DNA of 64,000 nt from the NCBI GenBank assembly GCA_026392355.1, contig JAPLCF010000041.1, positions 4,561 to 68,560 of the forward strand, written 5' to 3'. Below the pieces are notes generated by a model that made no database searches, was not told the DNA's origin, and was given only the letters and a program-made list of their open reading frames with translations. A program made the translations under genes and the position numbers. This document shows, piece after piece, positions 18,009-27,654 of the stretch. Numbering within the stretch: position 1 is the first letter of the stretch; each line of letters begins with the position of its first letter. The stretch is from Actinomycetota bacterium. Lineage in GTDB: Bacteria > Actinomycetota > Thermoleophilia > Gaiellales > F1-60-MAGs149.

Positions 18009-18479
18009 ATGGCGATGGCGTTACAGATCCCCCTCGATCCCACCGATGAGGCGATCCTGCGCGCGTTGCAGGAAGATGGCCGGCGGTCCTACCGCTCGAT
18101 CGCCCGCGACGTTGGCGTTGCCGAAGGCACCGTCCGCGCACGCGTCCGCAAGCTCGAATCGCTTGGTGCATTGCGTGTCGTGGCGTTCGTCGATCCGGCA
18201 CGCCTCGGCAACTCCGTCCTCGCTCTGCTGGCGTTGCGCGTCGAGACGCAGCGGCGCACCGAGCTGATCGACGAGCTCTGCGCGTGGAGCGAGGTGACCT
18301 ACCTGTCGTCGCTGATCGGCCGCCACGACATCGTGCTGCAGGTGATGTGCGCCGATAACGACGAGCTCGGGCGGATCATCGCGCGCACCCGCGGCCTTGA
18401 TGGCGTCACGGAGGTCGAGCCGATGCTCGAGCTCGAGGTGCACAAGTTCACCTACGCCGGAGCCGGCGCACAGCTCTAG
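18009..18479 (+). CDS. Lrp/AsnC family transcriptional regulator
   Basis: LDPTDEAILRALQEDGRRSYRSIARDVGVAEGTVRARVRKLESLG HTH and AsnC C-terminal domain. Confidence 0.93.
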   Translation: MAMALQIPLDPTDEAILRALQEDGRRSYRSIARDVGVAEGTVRARVRKLESLGALRVVAFVDPARLGNSVLALLALRVETQRRTELIDELCAWSEVTYLSSLIGRHDIVLQVMCADNDELGRIIARTRGLDGVTEVEPMLELEVHKFTYAGAGAQL

Positions 18480-18525
18480 CCACCGGCTGTGGGGGCTAGG
18501 CTGCCACCAGAACGAAGGAGGCGTC

Positions 18526-19302
18526 ATGAGCGAGGCAGTCAAGGTAACGCGGCACGGCGACGTGCTGGAAGTGATGCTCGACCGGCCCAAGGCCAACGCG
18601 ATCGATGCGGCGACCAGCCGTGCGATGAACGACGCCTGGGCGTTGCTGCGCGATGACGACTCGCTCAAGATCGGCGTGCTGACGGGCGGCGGCGAGAAGT
18701 TCTTCTCTGCCGGCTGGGATCTCAAGGCCGCCGCGGGCGGCGAGGGCATGGATGAGGACTTCGGCCCTGGCGGGTTTGGTGGGCTCGAGTACCCAATCGG
18801 CCTCCTCAAGCCTGTGATCGCCGCGGTCAACGGCATGGCCGTCGGTGGCGGCCTCGAAGTCGCCCTCGGCGCCGACCTGATCGTCATGGAAGAGCAGGCG
18901 CGCTTCGCGCTGATGGAGATCCATCACGGCATCCTCGCCGAGTCGGCCGCCGTGCGCCTGCCGCGCCGCATGCCGCACCACGTGGCGATGGAGCTGATGA
19001 TGACCGGGCGCTGGATGGATGCCGCCGAGGCCGAGCGTTGGGGCCTCGCCAATCGCGTCGTGCCGACAGGGCAGTCGCTCAGCGTCGCGCTCGAGCTCGC
19101 AGCCGAGCTTGCCGCCGGCGCGCAGTTGCCGCTGCGCGCCATCAAGGAGACCGTGCAGGAGACCGGCGGCATGAAAGAGCACGACGCGCTCGCCTTCCGC
19201 GAGACGCTGCCCAGTGTGATCGCCGTCAAGCAGTCCGAAGACCAGGTCGAGGGCGCCGCCGCCTTTGCCGAGGGACGCGACCCGGTCTGGCGCGGTCGGT
19301 AG
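18526..19302 (+). CDS. Enoyl-CoA hydratase/isomerase (carnitinyl-CoA dehydratase-like)
   Basis: FSAGWDLK, KPVIAAVNGMAVGGGLE, FALMEI. AAGGAGG RBS. Confidence 0.9.
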   Translation: MSEAVKVTRHGDVLEVMLDRPKANAIDAATSRAMNDAWALLRDDDSLKIGVLTGGGEKFFSAGWDLKAAAGGEGMDEDFGPGGFGGLEYPIGLLKPVIAAVNGMAVGGGLEVALGADLIVMEEQARFALMEIHHGILAESAAVRLPRRMPHHVAMELMMTGRWMDAAEAERWGLANRVVPTGQSLSVALELAAELAAGAQLPLRAIKETVQETGGMKEHDALAFRETLPSVIAVKQSEDQVEGAAAFAEGRDPVWRGR

Positions 19303-19342
19303 TCGCCGTCGGTGGGTGAGCGGTGTTCGTTAGGATGGCCGC

Positions 19343-20707
19343 GTGATCGAGGAACGCGATGTAGTGATCGTTGGCGGCGGTATCGCCGGCATGACGGCGG
19401 CGCGCGAGCTGCGCGATCGCGATCCGTTGATCCTCGAAGCGTCCGACCGTGTCGGCGGTCGCATCTGGTCGAAGCAGCGCGGCGATCTCGCGCTGTCGGT
19501 CGGCGCGCATATGTTCCCGCCGCCGGACTCGATCGTCGGTCGTCAGGTCGATGAGTTCGGGCTGGAGGTGCTGCCGATCACCGGGTCGATGCTCAACATC
19601 GCGATGAACGATCGGATCGTCGTGGGCACGCGTCCGGAGACGTTCCCCTTCAAGCTCGCCCTGTCACTCCGTGGCCGCGTGTCGTTCGCGCGCGCCGGGC
19701 TCAAGGTGCGCAAGGCCGTCGCCGAACACGAGGCCGCTGTTGCCCATCGGCCGGGCGACACGGACGCCACGATTCGTCTGCGCTCGATGGAGGCCGGTGG
19801 CGACGTGTCGTTCGGCGACTACCTCGGGTCGCTCAATCCCGAGGCTCAGCGCATCTTCCAGGCGCTCTGCAACCGCTCGAGCGGCGATCTCGATTCGATT
19901 ACGCAGGCCTCGATGGCCACGCTCTTCGCGCACGTCTGGGACAGCGGCGATCTCGGGCGCAACATGCGCGGTGGTTCCGGCCTGCTGCCCGAGGCGCTCG
20001 GGCGCGACCTCGCGGCGCACATCCGACTCCACACGACCGTGACGCGCGTGAGCCTTACGGGCACCGGCGTCGACATCGAGTACACGGGCCCCGATGGCGC
20101 CGGCACCGTGCGAGCACGCACCGCGATTCTGGCGCTCCCCGCGCCGTTTATCCCCGCACTGCTTGGCACTGCGCTGCCCGGCGAGACGGCGGCGGCGCTC
20201 GATCGCGTCACGATCGGCCCGACGACGGTGCTCAGCGTCCTCACGGACGAGACCGACCCAATGCCGTGGGACGACATCTACTCGCTGCTCACGCCGGACT
20301 GCCGCTTCAACATGTTCTTCAACCACTCCAATGCGCTGCACGCCACTGGAGCGCCGAAGCAGGGCAGCCTGCTGATGGTCTACGGCGGCGGCGGCCGCGC
20401 GCGTGCGCTGGCGGGCATGTCGGAGGCCGAGATGGAGCGGGCTTTTCTCGACGATCTGTACCGCCTGTATCCGCAGACGCGCGGACACATCGCAGAGACG
20501 TGGCTGATGCCCTGGCAGTACGCCGTGCCGCACGCCACCCCTGGACGCTGGCGTGTGCAAGAGACCCTCGAGCGGGGGATTGCAGACCGCGTGTTCCTGG
20601 CCGGCGACTGGGTTGGCGAGTTCGGCGCCATGGAGACCGCGGCCTCGACGGGCGTCGATGCGGCCGCGTCTGTCACGCGGGTGCTCGACGCGGGCGCAGG
20701 CTCGTGA
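19343..20707 (+). CDS. Flavin-containing amine oxidase family oxidoreductase
   Basis: GGGIAG dinucleotide fold, LEASDRVGGR, LAGDW and C-terminal METAASTG. Confidence 0.85.
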   Translation: MIEERDVVIVGGGIAGMTAARELRDRDPLILEASDRVGGRIWSKQRGDLALSVGAHMFPPPDSIVGRQVDEFGLEVLPITGSMLNIAMNDRIVVGTRPETFPFKLALSLRGRVSFARAGLKVRKAVAEHEAAVAHRPGDTDATIRLRSMEAGGDVSFGDYLGSLNPEAQRIFQALCNRSSGDLDSITQASMATLFAHVWDSGDLGRNMRGGSGLLPEALGRDLAAHIRLHTTVTRVSLTGTGVDIEYTGPDGAGTVRARTAILALPAPFIPALLGTALPGETAAALDRVTIGPTTVLSVLTDETDPMPWDDIYSLLTPDCRFNMFFNHSNALHATGAPKQGSLLMVYGGGGRARALAGMSEAEMERAFLDDLYRLYPQTRGHIAETWLMPWQYAVPHATPGRWRVQETLERGIADRVFLAGDWVGEFGAMETAASTGVDAAASVTRVLDAGAGS

Positions 20708-20747
20708 CGTTGGTAGGCTGGCGCTCCGAGACGAGGGGAGTGCGCGC

Positions 20748-21566
20748 ATGACGTCGATCGATGATCTCAAGGGCTTCAGCTATCCACTGACCCCCGGCGG
20801 CAAATCGTCAATCGTCGGTGACATGCCCTGGCACTACGCCACGGAGTACCTCAACATCTCCTACCGCGCCGATCCCGACGTGATCGCGTCGTACCTCCCA
20901 GCACCGCTCGAGCCGGGCCCCGAGCCCGACATGGCCTACGTGGCGTTTAGTCGCTGGTGGTCGGTGTGGGACGGCGAGCAAGACCTCGCCTTCGAGAACC
21001 CCGAGCGCACGCAGTATCAGGAGGCCGCGATCTGGGTCAACTGCTCCTACAAGGGCGAGCCCGGGCAGATCTGCCTGCAGATCTGGGTGAGCAACGATTT
21101 CACGATGGCGCGCGGGTGGTTCATGGGCTTCGCCAAGAAGCTCGGGCAGGTGCACATCACCGACTATCACCCGCTCAATCCCGTGCAGCAGCCGATCGGT
21201 CCGGGCAGCCGCCTCAAGGGCTATGTCGTGGCGCACGGCGAGCGCCTCGTCGAGGGCACGATGGAGGTCGAGCGCCGCATCACGCGCGAGGAGCTGCCGG
21301 TGCCGATGGGGCGACCGCTTTTCCACATCCGGCACTTCCCGAGCATCGTGCGCGGTGCCAAGCCGTCGGTGCTCGAGCTCGTACGTCTCGGTGCCGAGAA
21401 CATGACGTTCGGCGAGGAGCTCTGGGTCGGCAAGGGCGACCTGACGTTCCTGCCGTCCGACATCGAGGAGCACATGGCGCTCGCACCGAAAGAGATCGTC
21501 GGCGCGTATCGCTATTCGTCGGGGTACACGTTCCCCGGCGGCGAAGTGCTGCACTCCTGGGTCTGA
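20748..21566 (+). CDS. Acetoacetate decarboxylase superfamily protein
   Basis: PWHY, LPAPLEP, YQEA and RGWFMGFAKKLG (Schiff-base Lys region). GGGGAG RBS. Confidence 0.8.
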   Translation: MTSIDDLKGFSYPLTPGGKSSIVGDMPWHYATEYLNISYRADPDVIASYLPAPLEPGPEPDMAYVAFSRWWSVWDGEQDLAFENPERTQYQEAAIWVNCSYKGEPGQICLQIWVSNDFTMARGWFMGFAKKLGQVHITDYHPLNPVQQPIGPGSRLKGYVVAHGERLVEGTMEVERRITREELPVPMGRPLFHIRHFPSIVRGAKPSVLELVRLGAENMTFGEELWVGKGDLTFLPSDIEEHMALAPKEIVGAYRYSSGYTFPGGEVLHSWV

Positions 21567-21653
21567 GGCGCTGCGCGCGGGGTTGTGGTGCACCGTTTTG
21601 TCGCGCCCGGCGCGACCCTGACTGACCAGTCAGGAGGGTGCTACGCTTGCACT

Positions 21654-22760
21654 ATGAGCAGTGCCTACATCTCGCTTCCCGCCGACGCGTACCGCTCTGA
21701 GGCCGCGTTCGAGAGCGAGATCGACAGCGTCTTCCGACGCACGTGGGCCTGCGTTGGTCGGTCCGAGCACGTCGCGGAGCCCGGCGCATACTACGCAACC
21801 GACGTCGCCGGACAGAACATCGTTGTCGTGCGTGACCATGATGGCGAACTGCGTGCCTTTCACAACGTCTGCCGCCATCGCGGCGCGCTGCTGTGCGATG
21901 CCGGTGCCGGCACGCTGAAGCGCGCAATCAAGTGTCCGTACCACGCCTGGGCCTACGGACTCGATGGCCAGTTGATTGGCACGCCGAACGTGCGTCCCGA
22001 CGAGATTGACCGCTCACAGTACGGGCTTCACCGCATGCCCGTTGCCGAGTGGGAGGGCACGCTGTTTGTCGATCTCGGGGGACAGGCCGGCTCGTTCGAG
22101 GACTACATCGCCTCCCATGACGACGACCCGCGCGCACTTGAGCGCTTTAACGCCGGCGACCTCCGCATTGCACGCACCACGACGCGTGAGGTGGCCGCCA
22201 ATTGGAAGATCGTGGTCGAGAACTACCGCGAGTGTCTGCACTGCCCGACGGTGCATCCTGAGCTCGTCGACATGATCCCGGCCTATCGCAGCGGTGGCAT
22301 CGCCGAAGCCGAGCCGCGCGCCGACTATGGCGTGGGTATCAAGGACGGTGCAATGGCGCTCACCCTGTCGGGCACCACCACGATTCCGCCACTGCCTGGC
22401 ATCACGGAGGAAGAGAGCCGGTCCGTGTACGGCGCCTACCTGTTCCCGAACAGCATGGTCGACGTTCAAGGGAACTACGCGACCCTGACGACGCTCCTGC
22501 CACGTGGCGCCAACTGCACCGTGGTGATCACCGACTACCTGCTGCCGCCCGACGTGATTGCCGACCCGGCGATGGAATCCGGGCTGGAGCAGCTCATGCA
22601 GTTCATGGAGCTCGTGGTTGATCAGGACAGCGTGGTTGCCGAGCGCGCCCAGCAGGGCATTAGCTCGCGCGCGTTCGACCACGGGGTCTATCCCGAGAAG
22701 GACGCTGCGCTGCACGCGTTCAACGAGCGCTACCGCGCGCTCGTCGCCGGCACCACCTGA
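21654..22760 (+). CDS. Rieske non-heme iron oxygenase alpha subunit (choline/betaine/stachydrine demethylase-like group)
   Basis: CRHRG...CPYHAW Rieske motif, NWKIVVENYRECLHCPTVHP and QD mononuclear iron ligands. Confidence 0.9.
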   Translation: MSSAYISLPADAYRSEAAFESEIDSVFRRTWACVGRSEHVAEPGAYYATDVAGQNIVVVRDHDGELRAFHNVCRHRGALLCDAGAGTLKRAIKCPYHAWAYGLDGQLIGTPNVRPDEIDRSQYGLHRMPVAEWEGTLFVDLGGQAGSFEDYIASHDDDPRALERFNAGDLRIARTTTREVAANWKIVVENYRECLHCPTVHPELVDMIPAYRSGGIAEAEPRADYGVGIKDGAMALTLSGTTTIPPLPGITEEESRSVYGAYLFPNSMVDVQGNYATLTTLLPRGANCTVVITDYLLPPDVIADPAMESGLEQLMQFMELVVDQDSVVAERAQQGISSRAFDHGVYPEKDAALHAFNERYRALVAGTT

Positions 22761-22767
22761 GGTCGCA

Positions 22768-24018
22768 TCACACGAGCGGTTCGGACGCCTGGCCTCGCTC
22801 GATGCGGTCGAGCGTGCCGTCGCGCTGGGCGGCGAGGAACTCATCGCCCGCTAGTTCGATCATCTGCGCGAAGCGATAGCCCTGCGTGCGCGGCTCGGCG
22901 GCGCCGGCCTCGCGCAGTGCGGCGAGCCGACCCGGCTCGCCGAGGCGATACGACCGGTGGTCGGCGTGCATGCACTCGAAGTCGCGATCGGACAGTTCGC
23001 CAAGCTCGATCGCACCGGCGGCGACCGCTGCTTCGACAAGCTCAGAGCCGCGCGCGGTGCGCTCGAAGATCACGTTGATGCCCGGCGCCTCATCGTGCAG
23101 CGGCGTGCCGTCGGCATCGAGCAGCCAGCCGTCGGGCACCGAGAGGTCAGCGACTTCGCCGAGCTGGTCGGGGCACACCTTGCAGCGCCACGGCGCCTCG
23201 TACTTCCAGCGTGGCTCGTCGTCGTTGAGGTACGCCTCCTCGTACGTCAGCTCGGCGCGCTGGCCCGCAGCGTCTTCCAGCGTTGTGAGGCCGGGCCAGC
23301 CCATGCCGCGATAGCGGAACGTGGTGAGCGCATCGGGATCCATACCGTGCGCGGTCGCCATGTCGCGCGGCATGTGACGGCTGGCGGTCGTGCCACAGAA
23401 GATCGTCAGGAGGTAGACAATCTGCTTGTCCACGCGCGGATCGCGACGTCCGAGGTTGCGGATCGCATTGAGGTCGCACGGCTTGGCGATCACCGCGAAG
23501 CGGCTGCCCTCGGCGAGCAGGTCCATCACCGGTACGAGCGGCGCCACCGGGCCGTAGCGCGACTGGGCGCCGCTCAGCACCTCGGCGGGCGTGCGCGAGA
23601 TCTGCGGCAGCGTGAGGGTGGGATCGTCGCCCGAGGCTCGCACGTGGAGGATGGCGTCGACGCGACCCGACTCGAGCAAGAACATGCCGAGCGCGGTGAG
23701 CACGCCGCCGGCTGCGGCGGTGTGGCGCACGTCCGTGTCGGTAGCCCAGGCGCGATGCATCGCGCGGCGCGGGCCCCAGACCGGATCGAGGCGCGTGCCC
23801 TCGTCGAGCGCGTCGGGGTCCGCGCCGATCACCGTCGCGCCCGGGCACACCTCAACGAGCGCGGGATCGGTATCGGCTGGCAGGTGCGGGCGGAGATTGC
23901 CATTCGGCGCGAGTCGCATCTCGATGCGCGGGTCGATGCTCGCGCAGATGCCGCAACTCGAGCAGAGGCCGCCTTGCACGACCTCCGCCAGCGACGCGGG
24001 CCGATTGGCGGGCTTCAC
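22768..24018 (-). CDS. Coenzyme F420 hydrogenase/dehydrogenase beta subunit (FrhB/FdhB)-like Fe-S flavoprotein
   Basis: CSSCGIC..., AAAGGVLTAL, QSRYGP, AKPCD, FCG, CKVCPD..GEVADLS..DGW. GTG start 24018 overlaps the upstream stop. Confidence 0.85.
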   Translation of the reverse strand: MKPANRPASLAEVVQGGLCSSCGICASIDPRIEMRLAPNGNLRPHLPADTDPALVEVCPGATVIGADPDALDEGTRLDPVWGPRRAMHRAWATDTDVRHTAAAGGVLTALGMFLLESGRVDAILHVRASGDDPTLTLPQISRTPAEVLSGAQSRYGPVAPLVPVMDLLAEGSRFAVIAKPCDLNAIRNLGRRDPRVDKQIVYLLTIFCGTTASRHMPRDMATAHGMDPDALTTFRYRGMGWPGLTTLEDAAGQRAELTYEEAYLNDDEPRWKYEAPWRCKVCPDQLGEVADLSVPDGWLLDADGTPLHDEAPGINVIFERTARGSELVEAAVAAGAIELGELSDRDFECMHADHRSYRLGEPGRLAALREAGAAEPRTQGYRFAQMIELAGDEFLAAQRDGTLDRIERGQASEPLV

Positions 24019-24404
24019 GGCGCTTCGTCGATCCCGTCGTAGTCGGGCTCGACGTCCACGCCTTGCCACGCATCGTTGGGATCCTCGCCGCCGCGGGTAC
24101 CCCAGTCGCCGCGATCGACGCCGCCGAAGTGCTCGCCGGCCACCGTCTCGATCGGCTCGGAGAAGACCTCGACCTCGAGGCCGCGTGCGTGCAGGACGAC
24201 GGTCACGACGCCGCGGCCGAGGTCGCCGGTGCGCATGTCCTGCGCCAACGGCTCGACGCCGGCCCGCACGGCGGCACAGCCCTCTTCGGCCAGTTCCGGC
24301 TGCACGTCGAGCCAGCCGCCCTCGAGCGAATCCATCGCGTCGGCACCCGTCTCGAACTCGGCGAGCCAGGCAGCACCATTGGTCCAGGTGCGGATCTGGC
24401 TCAC
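24015..24404 (-). CDS. Hypothetical acidic protein
   Basis: 129-aa ORF coupled by 4-nt overlaps on both sides; host-like codon usage. Confidence 0.65.
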   Translation of the reverse strand: MSQIRTWTNGAAWLAEFETGADAMDSLEGGWLDVQPELAEEGCAAVRAGVEPLAQDMRTGDLGRGVVTVVLHARGLEVEVFSEPIETVAGEHFGGVDRGDWGTRGGEDPNDAWQGVDVEPDYDGIDEAP

Positions 24405-25789
24405 GCGCTGAGGACCTTGCCGGGATTCATCAGCCCGAGCGGATCCATCGCATCCTTGATGCGGCGCATCATCGCCATCGTCTCTGCATCGTGCTCGAGC
24501 GGGAGATACTTGATCTTGCCGGTCCCGACGCCGTGTTCACCCGTGCACGTGCCCTCCATCGCCAGCGCGCGCTTGACGAGGCGCTCCGACAGTCCGATGG
24601 CCGCCGCAACCTCCTCCTCGCTGTCGGGGTCGACGACGATCGTGAGGTGGAAGTTGCCGTCGCCGACGTGCCCGACAATCGGGGCGAAGACGCCCGACTC
24701 GGTAAGGTCGGCGCGCGACTCCTCGATGCAGTCGGCAAGGCGTGACACCGGCACGCAGACGTCGGTCGGCATGCCACGGCAGCCGGGGCGCAGCGCCACA
24801 GTGGCCTCGTAGACCTGATGGCGCGCGTGCCAGATGCGCCGGCACTCGGCGGGGTCGGTCGACCACTCGTAGCCCTCGGCACCGTGTGCGGCGACGATCT
24901 CGCCGAGTGCGGCAGCGTGCTCCTGCACGCCGGTCTCGGAGCCGTGCAGGTCGAAGAAGAGCGTGGGGCGCTCGGCCACCGGCAGCTCCGAGCGCTGCGC
25001 GATCGCGTGCATCGTCACCTCGTCGGCCAGCTCGACGCGTGCGACGGGGAGACCCATCTGGATCGTCTCGGTCGCCGCCTCGACGGCGTCGCGGACGGTC
25101 GGGAAGTTGACGATCGCCGACGCCGTCGCCTCGGGCAGCGGATGCAGCTTGACCGTCAGCTCGGTGATGACGCCAAGCGTGCCCTCCGAGCCGATCATCA
25201 GGTGCGTCAGGTCGTAGCCGGCCGACGACTTGCGGGCGCGCGAGCGGGTGCGCATGATCTCGCCGTCGGCCGTCACGATCGTGAGCGACAGCACGTTCTC
25301 GCGCATGGTTCCGTAGCGCACGGCGGTCGTGCCGCTCGCGCCCGTTGCAGCCATGCCACCGAGCGTGGCATCGGCACCGGGATCGACCGAGAAGAAGACG
25401 CCGTCTTCGCGCAGGCGCTCCTCGAGCTGACGGCGCGTGACACCCGCCTCGATCGTCGCGTCGAGATCCTCGGGGCGCACGGCAATGATGCGGTTCATGC
25501 GCGTCAGGTCGATCGAGACGCCGCCCTTGAGCGCGGCGACGTTGCCCTCAAGCGAGGAGCCGGCACCGAACGGGACCATCGGTACGCGCCGCGCGTGGCA
25601 TTCGCGCACCACTGCCGCGACCTCCTCGGTCGAGCCGGGGAACACCACGAGGTCTGGTCGTGCCGTCTCGTGCCAGGACTCGTCGTGGCCATGGCGCTCC
25701 AGCTCAGACTCAGACGTGGTGACATGCGCATCGCCGACGATCGTCTCGATCGCTGTGCGCAGGTCTTCAAGCCCTTCCATGCGCGTCAC
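24401..25789 (-). CDS. FAD-linked oxidase, D-lactate dehydrogenase/GlcD family
   Basis: PFGAGSSLEG, DPGADATLGG, GSEGTLGVITE, GHVGDGNFH, TGEHGVG, DPLGLMNPGK. Confidence 0.92.
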   Translation of the reverse strand: MTRMEGLEDLRTAIETIVGDAHVTTSESELERHGHDESWHETARPDLVVFPGSTEEVAAVVRECHARRVPMVPFGAGSSLEGNVAALKGGVSIDLTRMNRIIAVRPEDLDATIEAGVTRRQLEERLREDGVFFSVDPGADATLGGMAATGASGTTAVRYGTMRENVLSLTIVTADGEIMRTRSRARKSSAGYDLTHLMIGSEGTLGVITELTVKLHPLPEATASAIVNFPTVRDAVEAATETIQMGLPVARVELADEVTMHAIAQRSELPVAERPTLFFDLHGSETGVQEHAAALGEIVAAHGAEGYEWSTDPAECRRIWHARHQVYEATVALRPGCRGMPTDVCVPVSRLADCIEESRADLTESGVFAPIVGHVGDGNFHLTIVVDPDSEEEVAAAIGLSERLVKRALAMEGTCTGEHGVGTGKIKYLPLEHDAETMAMMRRIKDAMDPLGLMNPGKVLSA

Positions 25790-26391
25790 GGTATCAGCGC
25801 CGCAAACTCCTCCGGCGTGTTGGCGTTGCGCAGCGAATCGAGTTGCGGATCGGCTGCGGCAACGCCCGGCAGAGCGAGCAGCGAGTCCTCAGCAAGGAAG
25901 CGTGTGCGCACACGATCGAAGAGGTAGCCCGGGCCGGCAACGCCCTCTGCGAGCGCGGCTGTGACGGCCGTCAGCGTCGACGTGCGCCAGGCCGCGGTGA
26001 GCGGGTGGCGAAATCCCTGCGCCTCGGGAACGAGCAGGTCATCGTCGGGACCGAACGCAGCGAGCAGCGCTCGCACGAAGGCGGGGTGGAGGAGCGGTGT
26101 ATCGACGCTGGCGACGAACACGGCGTCCGCGCGGCCGCCGATGGCGAGGAGTCCCGCCTCGACACCGCGCAGCGGTCCCTCGCCCGCCACGCGATCACGG
26201 GTCAATTCGACGCCCTCCGGCAGCGCGGGCACGGCCTGCTCGGGCGCGGCCACAGCCACCACAGGACCAGCCACTGCTGAACGCAGGACCTCGGCCATAT
26301 GAACGGCCAGTGGGGTACCGCTCCAGTCGAGGTCGGCCTTGGCCGTACCCATCCGCGTGGACTGGCCACCGAGGAGCAGAATCGCGCTCAT
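25786..26391 (-). CDS. mobA: Molybdenum cofactor guanylyltransferase MobA
   Basis: LLLGGQSTRMGTAKA, GEGPLRG, VDTP, HPLTAAW, NANTPEE. ATG 26391. Confidence 0.85.
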   Translation of the reverse strand: MSAILLLGGQSTRMGTAKADLDWSGTPLAVHMAEVLRSAVAGPVVAVAAPEQAVPALPEGVELTRDRVAGEGPLRGVEAGLLAIGGRADAVFVASVDTPLLHPAFVRALLAAFGPDDDLLVPEAQGFRHPLTAAWRTSTLTAVTAALAEGVAGPGYLFDRVRTRFLAEDSLLALPGVAAADPQLDSLRNANTPEEFAALIP

Positions 26392-26427
26392 TGAGAGAAG
26401 GTACCAGCGGCTGGTAGGGTCACCCGC

Positions 26428-27654
26428 ATGAAGACATGCGTGGTGATCGGAGCGGGCTGCGCCGGGCTGACGGCAGCGGATGCGCTGGCAGAGGCTGGCA
26501 TCGAGGTGACGGTCCTGGAGGCACGCGATCGCGTCGGCGGTCGCGTCTGGAGCGATCGAGCCGGTAACGGCGCGCTGATCGAGCGGGGGGCCGAATTCAT
26601 CACCGCGGGGTACGACGCAACCGACGCGATGGTCGAGCGTCTTGGGCTCGAGTACCGCGGCATGGGCATCCGCTATCCCGACCGCGAGCTGCGGCCCGAT
26701 CCGGGCATTGACCGCGCCGAGGCGCTGGCCGCCGCGCACGACCTCGAGGCCGCTGCCGCTGCGGCCGGGCCTGACGCGATGGCACTCGACATCCTCGCCA
26801 CGGTCGAGGACGACGACATCCGCGAGCTGCTTGCCAGCCGCTCCCAGAGTGCCTCGTCCGTCGCGCTCGAGCTCCTACCCGCCGAGCGCTTGCGCACGGT
26901 CGGTCACCTGCTCGACGACGGCGAGACGCGTCGCGTCGGCGGCGGTAACGACGGCATCGCGCTGTGCCTGGCCGAGCGCCTTGGCGACGCCGTGCGGCTC
27001 GAGGATCCGGTCTCGCGCATCGAGCACGGCCCCGACGGCGTGCGCATCCACGCCGAGAGCGGTGTCTTCGAGGCCGACGCCTGCATCGTCGCCGTACCGC
27101 TGGCCGTCACGCAAAACATCGTCTTCGAACCGCCGCTCGAGCCCGAGCGCATCGACGCGATGCAACGCATCCCGGTCGGGCAGGCTGCCAAGCTCGTGGT
27201 GCCCGCCGCCGAGGCGATCCCACCCGCGGCGATCATGTCGACCGCCGACCGCTTCTGGGCGTACACAACGCCCTGCGACGAGGTCGGGGGCACGGTCGTC
27301 GGCTCGTGGATTGGCGGCGCACCGGTGATGGATCTGCTCGACGTCGACGCCGGTCCCGCGACGTGGATCGACCGCATCCGCAGCTACTGGACCGAGCTAC
27401 CTGCGCTCGACGACGCGGCGGCCGAGACGACGATCTGGCGTCACGACAACCCGTGGACGGGCGGCACCTACTCGGCCGTCACGGGCATTCCTGACGACCG
27501 CGATCGCCACCCGATTGGCGACCAGCTGGGGCGCGTCTCCTTCGCGGGCGAGCACACCGCACCACGGGACTGGACCGCAACTATCGAAGGCGCGATTCGC
27601 AGCGGCCAGCGTGCCGCGGGGGAAGTTATCGAGACGCTCGGAGGAGCAGCATGA
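26428..27654 (+). CDS. Flavin monoamine oxidase family protein
   Basis: GAGCAG, LEARDRVGGRV, ERGAEFI, FAGEHT...TIEGAIRSGQRAA. Confidence 0.9.
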   Translation: MKTCVVIGAGCAGLTAADALAEAGIEVTVLEARDRVGGRVWSDRAGNGALIERGAEFITAGYDATDAMVERLGLEYRGMGIRYPDRELRPDPGIDRAEALAAAHDLEAAAAAAGPDAMALDILATVEDDDIRELLASRSQSASSVALELLPAERLRTVGHLLDDGETRRVGGGNDGIALCLAERLGDAVRLEDPVSRIEHGPDGVRIHAESGVFEADACIVAVPLAVTQNIVFEPPLEPERIDAMQRIPVGQAAKLVVPAAEAIPPAAIMSTADRFWAYTTPCDEVGGTVVGSWIGGAPVMDLLDVDAGPATWIDRIRSYWTELPALDDAAAETTIWRHDNPWTGGTYSAVTGIPDDRDRHPIGDQLGRVSFAGEHTAPRDWTATIEGAIRSGQRAAGEVIETLGGAA

